Shown here: piece by piece, positions 47,047-55,533 of the stretch
Position numbering within the stretch: position 1 is the stretch's first letter
Layout of the letters: each line of letters opens with the position of its first letter
NCBI GenBank assembly: GCA_031409335.1
Contig: JANNWY010000083.1
Location: 32,001-96,000 of the forward strand
DNA from: Chthoniobacteraceae bacterium
GTDB taxonomy: Bacteria > Verrucomicrobiota > Verrucomicrobiia > Chthoniobacterales > Chthoniobacteraceae
Reading direction: 5' to 3'
Length of the DNA stretch: 64,000 bases
Position numbers and translations under genes: made by a program
Notes under the pieces: generated by a model
What the model saw: only the letters and a program-made list of their open reading frames with translations
What the model was told of the DNA's origin: nothing
Database searches by the model: none

Positions 47047-49491
47047 ATGGCCGCGGCGAAAATCAGCAAATTCATTTCTGCGAATCGATGCATCCTTGTC
47101 ATCGGCATTATCTCGATGATCGCGGTGGGCGAGTCGCGCGCGGCGAAGCCGAAAAGTAAACGGACGCCTGCGCAGGCCGCGCCGCACCTCCCGAAAAAAG
47201 AACATCGCTCGCCGGTCAGCCGGATTTTTCTCGGTGACGAATACGGCGAGCAGACCGTGCAGGAGTCGCCGCCAAAAAGCCCGGCGCAGTTCAATCCCGA
47301 CCCCGGCGGAACCGGCGGCGCGGTGCCACCGCCCGCAGTCCCGGAATGGGTGGCACCGGAGCAGAATCTTCTGTTCGGTCCGCAGCCGCTTCCGCCGCCG
47401 AAGTATGGCAGCGCGCCGCTGAGTGGCAGCGAGAAACTTCCGCGTCGCGGTGTGCTGGGTCGCACGGCGTCGAATCACATCTGGGAGTATCCCGAGTATC
47501 CGCTGGGGCGCGAAGGGCTCGGCTTTCCGCAGGGTTTCACGGGCGTGCCAAATCGCTGGTATCTGAACATCCCGCACTGGCAGCGCTACATGGATCCGTC
47601 GCACGAGACGCCTTACATGTATGACACGCCGCGGCTGTGGCATCCGTACGAGCAGAGCACGCTGAAGGGGGATGTGCCGATCATTGGGGAGGACATCTTC
47701 ATGAATTTGACGGCGAAAAATTTCACGCTGATCGAAAAGAAAAAGCTGCCGACACCGAGCGGAGTGAGCGCGGCGCAGCCGAATTCGTCGGAGTTTTTCG
47801 GACGCAGCGAGCAGTCGCTGTTCGTGAATGATTTTTCGATCGCGGTGGATATTTTCGAGGGCGAGACGGCGTTCAAGCCGGTGACGTGGCTGATCCGCGT
47901 GCTCGGCGTTTACAACAACAACTGGATCCGCGTGCAGGAGAACAACCTCATCGACGCCGATCCGCGCGGCACGATTTTCGAGGACGACAGAAGCTCGCCG
48001 GATGCCGGCAAGATTCAGGCGATCCCAAATCGCAGCACGGACTTCAATCCGGTGGCCGGTTTGCCCGGCGCGTTCAAGTCGGATGTGAATCCGGGCGACG
48101 TGTTCAACTTTCTCCAGCCGGGGCTGAAGAGCGCGGGCAATGCGAAGGATCCCGTGCCCGTGGCGAATGCGACAAACGAAATCCCGAAGAATGGCACGAA
48201 GGACAAAAACCGGCGCGACAACAAGGATCGGAACAAGGACTTCGCCGGCACGCGCTACACCGAGCGGCATCGGGATTTCATCGCGCTCCAGGAAGCGTTC
48301 GGCGAAATCCACATCGGCGATCTGTCGAACAACTATGACTTCCTCTCGTCGCGCTGGGGCATCCAGCCGTTCGTCTCGGACTTCCGCGGTTTCATCTTCT
48401 CGGACACGAATCTCGGCGCGCGGATTTTTGGCAACTGGGATAACAACCGCTGGCAATACAACCTCGTCTATTTCAACCAGCGCGAGAAGGACACTTACTC
48501 GGACTTGAATACATTCGAGTCGCGCAAGCAGCAGGTGCTGATCGCGAATGTGTTCAAGCAGGACTTTCTGTTCAAAGGCTACACGGCGCAGTGGAGCTTC
48601 CACATGAACCATGACGACGGTGGCACGCACTACGACAAGAACGGGAACATCACCCGGCCCGCCGTGCTCGGCAGCGTGGAAGACGATGGCCGGCCGGGCA
48701 GCGACGGGCAGCTCAAGGGTCACGACGTAAAAGCGTTCTATTTCGGATGGACTGGCGACGGCCACATCGGGCGGATGAACATCACGCACGCCTACTACCA
48801 CGTCGTCGGCGAGGATGAATTTAACGGCCTCGCCGGGCGGAAGGTCGATATCGACGCGCACATGGCCGCGCTCGAGTTGAGCTACGATCGCGACTGGATT
48901 CGCTTCAAACTCTCCGGCTTCTACGCCAGCGGCGACAGCAACCCGACCGATCGCACGGCGAAAGGTTTTGACTCGATCATCGACAATCCGTTTTTCGTCG
49001 GCGGACCGTTCAGTTGGTACGTGCATCAGGGCTTTAATCTCGCCGGGACTGCGGTGAGCCTGAAGCAGCGCGATTCGCTCATCCCAAATCTGCGCACCAG
49101 CAAAACCGAGGGCCAGTCGAACTTCGTGAACCCCGGCGTCTTCATCCTCGGTGCGGCGACGGACATCGACATCACGCCGAAGCTCAAAGCCTTCGCCAAC
49201 GTGAACTACATCTGGCTCGCGGAAACCAAGCCGATCGAAATCGCGCTCCAGACGAACAAGTCGCGCGACGAACTCGGCCTCGATTGCAGCCTCGGTTTCA
49301 AATACCGCCCGCTGCTCACCGACAACATCGTCATGGCCGCTGGCATGGGCGTCTTTTTCCCCGGCGCGGGCTACCGCGACATCTATCGGCGGAATACGCA
49401 GTACGTCCCCGGCTACGGCCCGCAGGAACAGGCGGGAAAAGTCGATCGCTTCCTCTACAACGCGTTCTTTTCGATCTCGTTCGTCTATTGA
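47047..49491 (+). CDS. Uncharacterised outer-membrane beta-barrel protein
   Basis: Signal-like N-terminus, Pro-rich linker, alternating aromatic strands (LQEAFGEIHIG, GIQPFVSDFRGFIF, YASGDSNP), C-terminal FSISFVY beta-signal. Confidence 0.75.
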   Translation: MAAAKISKFISANRCILVIGIISMIAVGESRAAKPKSKRTPAQAAPHLPKKEHRSPVSRIFLGDEYGEQTVQESPPKSPAQFNPDPGGTGGAVPPPAVPEWVAPEQNLLFGPQPLPPPKYGSAPLSGSEKLPRRGVLGRTASNHIWEYPEYPLGREGLGFPQGFTGVPNRWYLNIPHWQRYMDPSHETPYMYDTPRLWHPYEQSTLKGDVPIIGEDIFMNLTAKNFTLIEKKKLPTPSGVSAAQPNSSEFFGRSEQSLFVNDFSIAVDIFEGETAFKPVTWLIRVLGVYNNNWIRVQENNLIDADPRGTIFEDDRSSPDAGKIQAIPNRSTDFNPVAGLPGAFKSDVNPGDVFNFLQPGLKSAGNAKDPVPVANATNEIPKNGTKDKNRRDNKDRNKDFAGTRYTERHRDFIALQEAFGEIHIGDLSNNYDFLSSRWGIQPFVSDFRGFIFSDTNLGARIFGNWDNNRWQYNLVYFNQREKDTYSDLNTFESRKQQVLIANVFKQDFLFKGYTAQWSFHMNHDDGGTHYDKNGNITRPAVLGSVEDDGRPGSDGQLKGHDVKAFYFGWTGDGHIGRMNITHAYYHVVGEDEFNGLAGRKVDIDAHMAALELSYDRDWIRFKLSGFYASGDSNPTDRTAKGFDSIIDNPFFVGGPFSWYVHQGFNLAGTAVSLKQRDSLIPNLRTSKTEGQSNFVNPGVFILGAATDIDITPKLKAFANVNYIWLAETKPIEIALQTNKSRDELGLDCSLGFKYRPLLTDNIVMAAGMGVFFPGAGYRDIYRRNTQYVPGYGPQEQAGKVDRFLYNAFFSISFVY

Positions 49492-49644
49492 TCTGGCAGT
49501 CGTTCGCCGGCGGGCCGGGCTTCAGTTTGATTTTGTGCGGCCATAGGAATCGGCTCCGCAGGCGCATTTTTCCCACATTTCCCTGCCGCCAAAAAATTTC
49601 CCAACGAATTTTGAACCTCCCGCAAAGTCGCGGGTCGAAGGATA

Positions 49645-49707
49645 CAGTTTTCAGTTTTCCTTGGTTGGGGCGGGCTGGCGCTGAGTGGGCGCCAGCCCGT
49701 TTTTTTT
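49645..49707 (+). ncRNA. Candidate ~60-nt small RNA
   Basis: ECF-like promoter (GAAC 49613-49616, GTCGAA 49634-49639), then a U-rich unstructured stretch and a strong terminator. Confidence 0.35.
49670..49707 (+). terminator. Rho-independent terminator
   Basis: cgggctggcgc-tgagtgg-gcgccagcccg (11-bp stem) followed by T8. Confidence 0.88.
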
Positions 49708-49780
49708 GTCCTGAAAGCACCGGCGTCTTCCGCCTGTCAATTTCCGCCATTTCCACGCATCGTCCACCGCTTCACCACCC

Positions 49781-50800
49781 ATGAAATCCTCCAAACGCCT
49801 CTTCCTCTCCACCCTTCCCCTCCTCACCATCGCCCTCCTCTCCGGCACCGGACCACATGCCGGCGCGGCGGCCACCAGCAAAAAAAAGGTCGCCTTCGTC
49901 ACCAACGGCGTCGCGTCGTTCTGGACGATCGCTTCGGTTGGTGTGAAGGCCGCGAGCGAGAAATACGGCGTGGACGCGCAGACGCTCATGCCCGTCGAAG
50001 GCATCAGCGACCAAAAACGCATCATCGAAGATTTGCTGACGCGCGGGACCGACGGCATCGCCGTCAGCCCGATCGACCCGGTCAACCAAACTGAGCTGCT
50101 CAACAAGGTCGCCAAGCGCACCAAACTCATCACGCACGATTCCGATGCGCCCGGCAGCGACCGGCAGGTTTACATCGGCATGGACAACTACAAAGCCGGC
50201 CGGCTCTGCGGCGATCTCGTTCGCGAGGCCATGCCCGACGGCGGCACGGTCATGATTTTCATCGGCCGCCTCGAGCAGGACAACGCCAAGCGCCGCCGCC
50301 AGGGCTGCATCGACGCCATCCTCGGCCGTCCGGTGAACCCCAACAACTTCGATCCGCCGTCCACCGTCATCGAGGGCAACAAATTCAAAATCCTCGGCAC
50401 GCTCACGGATCAATTTGACCGCGCAAAAGGCAAGGCCAACGCTGAGGACACGCTCGCGAAATATCCCAACATCGGCTGCATGGTCGGCCTCTTTGCCTAC
50501 AATCCGCCGCTCATGCTTGAAGCGCTGACGCAGGCGAAAAAGCTCGGCCAGGTGAAAGTCGTGGCTTTCGACGAGGACGACGCCACCCTCGCCGGGATCG
50601 AAAAAGGCACCGTCCACGGAACCGTCGTGCAGAACCCCTACATGTACGGTTTCAAATCCATCGAAATCCTCGCGGAACTCGCGAAAGGAAACACCAGCGT
50701 CATCCCCGCCGACAAATTCATCGACATCCCCGCCCGGCAGATACGCAAGGACACGGTCGGTGAGTTTTGGGCGGATTTGAAGACGAAGACGGGAAAGTAG
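49781..50800 (+). CDS. Sugar ABC transporter substrate-binding protein (RbsB-like)
   Basis: Signal peptide, AFVTNGVASFW, DGIAVSPID, ITHDSDAP, YIGMDNY, VAFDED, VVQNPYMYG. Confidence 0.92.
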   Translation: MKSSKRLFLSTLPLLTIALLSGTGPHAGAAATSKKKVAFVTNGVASFWTIASVGVKAASEKYGVDAQTLMPVEGISDQKRIIEDLLTRGTDGIAVSPIDPVNQTELLNKVAKRTKLITHDSDAPGSDRQVYIGMDNYKAGRLCGDLVREAMPDGGTVMIFIGRLEQDNAKRRRQGCIDAILGRPVNPNNFDPPSTVIEGNKFKILGTLTDQFDRAKGKANAEDTLAKYPNIGCMVGLFAYNPPLMLEALTQAKKLGQVKVVAFDEDDATLAGIEKGTVHGTVVQNPYMYGFKSIEILAELAKGNTSVIPADKFIDIPARQIRKDTVGEFWADLKTKTGK

Positions 50801-50878
50801 GCGAGGTTTCCAACCTCGCGCGGCAGGTCCGCTTGGCGTTACTCGGATGCGCGTGGTTGGAAACCTCGCCTACTTTCC
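50792..50878. repeat. GTAG-type REP doublet, copy 2
   Basis: Perfect 24-bp IR ggaaagtaggcgaggtttccaacc (50792-50815 / 50855-50878); same unit as 21766-21843. Confidence 0.85.
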
Positions 50879-50915
50879 AAAAAGAGCGACGCCGCAGGGT
50901 TTGCCTGCGGCGTCG
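50879..50915 (-). terminator. Probable terminator of the PEP-CTERM gene
   Basis: cgacgccgcagg-gtttg-cctgcggcgtcg 12-bp stem followed on the minus strand by ctcttttt. Confidence 0.65.
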
Positions 50916-50981
50916 GTCCTGAACCCTCAGAAGTCTTCCGGCTGGGAGGTCCGGAGAGATTCTGCGTTGGGTGAGGTGAAT

Positions 50982-51923
50982 TTACTTGCGCACAGCGACC
51001 TGGCGGCGCGTCCGCGCGAGACTGGCTCCGACGAGCGCGAGACCAAAAAGGGCCGTGCCGGGCTCGGGCACGGCAGGCTGGACGATGGCGAGGCTGAAAG
51101 GACGCGCCGTGCCAGCGGGTGAATTGATGACGCCGACCGGTGTCGCGGCACCCGTGCCGAGATTTATGGTGTAGAGCGAGGCGATGCTGTTCGAGGTGAG
51201 CAGGGCGTAGGCAGTGTTGCTTCCGAAGCCATCGGACAGGATGTCGAATCCGGTGAGGTCGGTGGTATTGACGCCGAGCGGACCGACTGTCAGGAGCTCG
51301 CCAACGTTGGGATTGAGCGTGCGGACGAGGATGTCGAGATTCGGATCGATGTAGAAAAGTGCCGTGCCAGTGCCGGGGTTGTTATCGCTGTTGAGGTAGG
51401 CAGCTTCGTTGAGGTTGGGATTGACACCAACGTTGGCGTCGCCAACGGCAAAGGCGAGAGTGCCATCGACGATTGTCGCGCCGGTGTTCACGTTGATGCG
51501 GAGGTTTTGGTCGTCGAAATTGACCAAGCGCATCCGGTCGGGCACCGGATTGAAATCAATGCCCAGACTGCGCGTGCTGGAAGCGGGCACTGGGACGGGA
51601 GGCGAAGGGAGAGGCGCAGGGTTCGGCGTGGACGCGAGCGTCGTCGCAGCGGTGTTGAGATCTATGGTGACCACGGCGTTGGACTGCTGGGAGAAGCCGT
51701 AAAGCAGCCCGTTGGAAGGGCGGAAGTCGATGCCGTCGAGCCGGAGAGCCGCGCCGCTGAAGCCACCGACCAGCGTGGTGGTGCCGGGTGTGGCGAGGTC
51801 AAACTTGATGAGGGAAAGGCCGTTGTCCGCGATTGCGTAGGCGGTTTGCGCGCGGCTGGTGGCCGCGTTGATGGTCAGCGCGGTGACTGCGATCGCGATG
51901 GAGGTTTTCAGGATGGTTTTCAT
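50982..51923 (-). CDS. DUF4394-domain PEP-CTERM protein
   Basis: Signal peptide from ATG 51923; GIDFRPSNGLLYG and GIDFNPVPDRMRLV; C-terminal VPEPGTALFGLALVGASLARTRR. Confidence 0.9.
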   Translation of the reverse strand: MKTILKTSIAIAVTALTINAATSRAQTAYAIADNGLSLIKFDLATPGTTTLVGGFSGAALRLDGIDFRPSNGLLYGFSQQSNAVVTIDLNTAATTLASTPNPAPLPSPPVPVPASSTRSLGIDFNPVPDRMRLVNFDDQNLRINVNTGATIVDGTLAFAVGDANVGVNPNLNEAAYLNSDNNPGTGTALFYIDPNLDILVRTLNPNVGELLTVGPLGVNTTDLTGFDILSDGFGSNTAYALLTSNSIASLYTINLGTGAATPVGVINSPAGTARPFSLAIVQPAVPEPGTALFGLALVGASLARTRRQVAVRK

Positions 51924-52043
51924 ATTCTGTGAGTAAAGTTGAGTTGAGGGTTTTCCCTGAGATGCATTCAGGGACTTCCGCAGAGCGCGGTCGCTGTGTT
52001 TCAAACTGATAGCAAAACTCGCGGGAACGACCAAGCGTTCCTT

Positions 52044-52061
52044 TGTAGGAAGGCTCCTACA
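52044..52061. promoter_or_regulatory. Palindromic operator candidate
   Basis: TGTAGGA-aggc-TCCTACA in the divergent PEP-CTERM / P450 intergenic region. Confidence 0.5.
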
Positions 52062-52256
52062 GCGGCGCGCGATCAGTCGGCATGGTGGATGAGCCTCCGA
52101 AGCAGACTGGAGCGCGCGCATCTTCACGACCGGCCCTTCCCATAAGGCCGTGCCGAGTCTGGCTGACGCAACCCGTCCAAATGCTTTGCCGACAGCGCGG
52201 CTTTTCCCCAACTTGACGCCATTGCCCAAAGCCTCCCAAACCGAAATGCGCGCTGT

Positions 52257-53399
52257 ATGAAAAACGTCCCCGATCCCTTTCGCGAAATCCGCAACGCAGA
52301 CGGCGTCCTCGAATGTCCTTTCCAGGGTAAAAGCGTACCGATGATTCTGCGGCATGAGGACGTGCGCAAGGCCGCGAAGGATTGGCAGACGTTCAGCTCG
52401 GACGCGCCGTTTCGCGTGCCGATCCCGTCGGAGGAGGAAGTCCGTTCGATGCGGCAATTGCCGATCGAAACGAATCCTCCCGAGCACACCGAATATCGCG
52501 CCATCGTCGAGCCGTTTTTCCAGCGCGCAAAGCAGGCCGACGTGATCGCGAAAGTGGAGGCATTGATCGCGGAAAAAATCTCCGAAGCGCTGGGCCGGGA
52601 ATCCGTCGAGATCGTGAATGAATTCGCGTTGCCGGTGCAGTCGCGCGCGCTCACTTACCTGCTGAATATGCCCGAGGCGGAAGCGGACACCTGGATCGGC
52701 TGGGGCATGCACGTCTTCAAAGTCACGGGCGGAGAATTCAAAGAAGGCACGACGCTCGAAGACTACCTCAGCGCGCAGTTCGATCGCGCCGCGGCGAACC
52801 CCGGCGCGGATTTCTTCAGCGCGCTGACCCAGGCGAGCTATCGCGGACGACCTCTCACGCGCGAGGAAATGATGGGTTTTGGCAATCTCACCTTTGCCGG
52901 CGGGCGCGACACCATCATTCACAGCATTTCCTCCGTCCTCGCGTATTTTGGCGGGAACCCGGATGCCTTGGAATACTTGCGCGCGGACCCAAAGCGCATC
53001 GTCCTCGCGAGCGAGGAATTCTTCCGCGCCTTCATGCCGCTCACGCACATTGGGCGGGTGTGCCCGGTCGAGACCAGCGTGCATGGCGTGCCGGTGAAAG
53101 CGGACGAGCGCGTGTCGCTGTGCTGGGCCTCGGCGAACTTCGACGAAACCGTCTTCGACGCACCACAGGAAATCCGCCTCGACCGGAAGCCAAATCCGCA
53201 CATCTCGTTCGGCTTCGGCGCACATCTCTGCCTCGGCGCGCCGCACGCGCGATTGATCGTGCGCAGCCTGTTGCAAGCGCTCACCGAGCGCATCGGGCGC
53301 ATCACCGTGCTCGCTGCAAAAGCACACATCGAACACGAAGCGCGCTACCAGCGCGCGAACGGCTATGAATCGCTCACGATCAAGCTCGCCCCTCGCTGA
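52257..53399 (+). CDS. Cytochrome P450
   Basis: NPPEHTEYR, FAGGRDT (I helix), EEFFR (ExxR), HISFGFGAHLCLGA (heme Cys). Confidence 0.95.
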   Translation: MKNVPDPFREIRNADGVLECPFQGKSVPMILRHEDVRKAAKDWQTFSSDAPFRVPIPSEEEVRSMRQLPIETNPPEHTEYRAIVEPFFQRAKQADVIAKVEALIAEKISEALGRESVEIVNEFALPVQSRALTYLLNMPEAEADTWIGWGMHVFKVTGGEFKEGTTLEDYLSAQFDRAAANPGADFFSALTQASYRGRPLTREEMMGFGNLTFAGGRDTIIHSISSVLAYFGGNPDALEYLRADPKRIVLASEEFFRAFMPLTHIGRVCPVETSVHGVPVKADERVSLCWASANFDETVFDAPQEIRLDRKPNPHISFGFGAHLCLGAPHARLIVRSLLQALTERIGRITVLAAKAHIEHEARYQRANGYESLTIKLAPR

Positions 53400-53435
53400 T
53401 CACTTCCCGCATTCGCATGGCCAAGTGGAACCCGG

Positions 53436-55220
53436 CTACGTCTTTTTAGCGGTGCTTGCGATATAGATTTCGCGCAGTTGCTTGAAATCCACCTCGACGG
53501 GCGAGTGCGTCATGAGATCGACACCGCGGTTGTTTTTCGGAAATGCAATCACATCGCGGATGCTTTCCGCGCCGACGATGAGCATGACGAGGCGGTCGAG
53601 GCCGAGCGCGATGCCACCGTGCGGCGGGGCACCGAAGCCAAATGCGCGCAGCAGGTGGCTGAACTTCACCTGCTGCTCTTCCGGCGTGACGCCGAGCGTC
53701 TCGAACATCTTCGCCTGCAAATCGCGCTCGTGGATGCGGATCGAGCCGCCGCCGAGTTCCACGCCATTGTGCACCACATCGTAGGCGACGGCGCGGACTT
53801 TTCCAAAGTCGCCCGCTTCGAGCAGCGGCATGTCCTCGGCGTTGGGGCGCGTGAACGGGTGATGGACGGCGACCCAGTGATTGTCCTCCGCACTGAACGC
53901 AAGCAGCGGAAAATCCACGACCCACAGGAAGTTCAGTTCGTCCTTCGCCGCCGCCAGCAGGCCGAGCAATTCCGCGCAGCGCAGCCGCACGCGGCCCAGC
54001 ACTTCGCAGACGGGTTCGAGTTTCAGGTCCGCGCCGAAGAAGAGCACGTCGCCCTCCGCAAAATTCATGCGCTCCGTGATCGCCGCGCGTTCGGTGTCCG
54101 AGAAGAATTTGACGATCGGGGATTCCCATTCGCCGCCGACGCTCCACTTGATGTAAGCGAGCCCTTTCGCGCCAAATTCCGTCTTCACCCACTCTTCCCA
54201 TTTCTTGAGCTGCTCCTTGCTCATCAAGGCCGCCGCGCCCTTCGCATTCAGCGCCTTGATCGCACCGCCAGCATCCGCAACAGAGCGAAATACTTTGAAC
54301 TGAGATTCCTTAAAAACATCGCCAAGATCAACCAGCTCAAGGCCAAAGCGCAAATCCGGTTTATCCGATCCGTAGCGACTCATCGCTTCGCTGTGCGCCA
54401 TCCGTGGGAAGGGCGTCGGGATTTCAATGCCGCGGGCTTCCTTGAAAATCCGGGCCAGCAATCCCTCGATCAGCGTCTGGATTTCAACGTCGGTGATGAA
54501 CGATGCCTCGACGTCGATCTGGGTGAATTCCGGCTGCCGATCCGCGCGCAAATCTTCATCACGGAAGCAGCGCGCGATCTGAAAATACTTCTCCAATCCG
54601 GCGACCTGAAGCAGTTGCTTGTATTGCTGCGGAGCCTGCGGCAGCGCGTAAAACGTGCCCGGGTTCAGCCGCGACGGGACAAGAAAATCGCGCGCGCCCT
54701 CGGGCGTCGGGTTCGACAGGATCGGCGTCTCGATTTCCAAAAAACCGGCCTCGTCGAGGTAATCGCGCGTGGCTTTGACGACGCGATGACGGAGCCGAAG
54801 ATTCCGCTGCATCGGAGCCGTGCGCAGATCGAGATAGCGGTATTGCAGCCGGAGATCCTCGTTCACGCTTGGGTCATCGAGCGGGAATGGCGGCACCTCG
54901 GCCTTGTTCAAAATCGTGAGCGATGTCGCGACGACTTCGATGTCGCCGGTGCCGAGTTTCGCGTTCTCCGAGCCGGGCAGCCGCGCGGCGACCGTGCCGG
55001 TGATTTGCACGACATCCTCGCTCCGCAGCTTGTGCGAAGCGGCTGCCACCGCCGGATTTTCCTCGGGCCGAAAAACCACCTGCGTCACACCCTCGCGATC
55101 GCGCAGGTCGATGAAGATGACGCCGTGGTGATCCCGGTTGGTATTCACCCATCCAGCGAGGGTTACGGTCTGGCCGATGTCGGTCGTGCGAAGCTGATTG
55201 CAGTGATGGGTGCGATACAT
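53436..55220 (-). CDS. aspS: Aspartate-tRNA ligase, probably non-discriminating
   Basis: MYRTHHC, RDHHGVIFIDLRD, TPEGARDF, CFRDEDLRADRQPEFTQID, ELGGGSIR, GAPPHGGIALGLDR. Confidence 0.97.
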   Translation of the reverse strand: MYRTHHCNQLRTTDIGQTVTLAGWVNTNRDHHGVIFIDLRDREGVTQVVFRPEENPAVAAASHKLRSEDVVQITGTVAARLPGSENAKLGTGDIEVVATSLTILNKAEVPPFPLDDPSVNEDLRLQYRYLDLRTAPMQRNLRLRHRVVKATRDYLDEAGFLEIETPILSNPTPEGARDFLVPSRLNPGTFYALPQAPQQYKQLLQVAGLEKYFQIARCFRDEDLRADRQPEFTQIDVEASFITDVEIQTLIEGLLARIFKEARGIEIPTPFPRMAHSEAMSRYGSDKPDLRFGLELVDLGDVFKESQFKVFRSVADAGGAIKALNAKGAAALMSKEQLKKWEEWVKTEFGAKGLAYIKWSVGGEWESPIVKFFSDTERAAITERMNFAEGDVLFFGADLKLEPVCEVLGRVRLRCAELLGLLAAAKDELNFLWVVDFPLLAFSAEDNHWVAVHHPFTRPNAEDMPLLEAGDFGKVRAVAYDVVHNGVELGGGSIRIHERDLQAKMFETLGVTPEEQQVKFSHLLRAFGFGAPPHGGIALGLDRLVMLIVGAESIRDVIAFPKNNRGVDLMTHSPVEVDFKQLREIYIASTAKKT

Positions 55221-55533
55221 GTTGCGGATTTCGGGAGCGCGGAATGTAGCGGGAAAGCGCGGCGTGGGGAGAAGAATTTGCGACCGGCAAATTCGGGCCA
55301 AAAAAAATTCGGAGCCGCCGACCGACTGGCCGACGACTCCGATGTTCCCCCCAGAACACAGGATAAGACCGACGAACTCCGATTCCGTTAGAAACTTCCC
55401 GCACATTTTCCACATAAGCCCGTCGCACTGCGAGCAAAGGCGAACCCCTTGCGCGCAAAACTCCGCTGCACGGCGCTCCGCACGCGGGGCGCGAATTTTC
55501 GAGGAGGATTTGCCTGCGCGCCTTCTTCTTCCT

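Noticed and set aside
49590..49645. c-di-GMP-I riboswitch suggested by gcaaagtcgcgggtcgaagg
   Set aside because: The upstream GGCAAA / GNRA stem and the downstream pairing partner are missing.
51924..53336. 784-aa extension of the PEP-CTERM ORF
   Set aside because: Most of the extension is antisense to the P450; the signal peptide starts at ATG 51923.
55400..55420. oriC suggested by TTTTCCACA
   Set aside because: Only one DnaA-box-like match, with no cluster, unwinding element or dnaA/dnaN.
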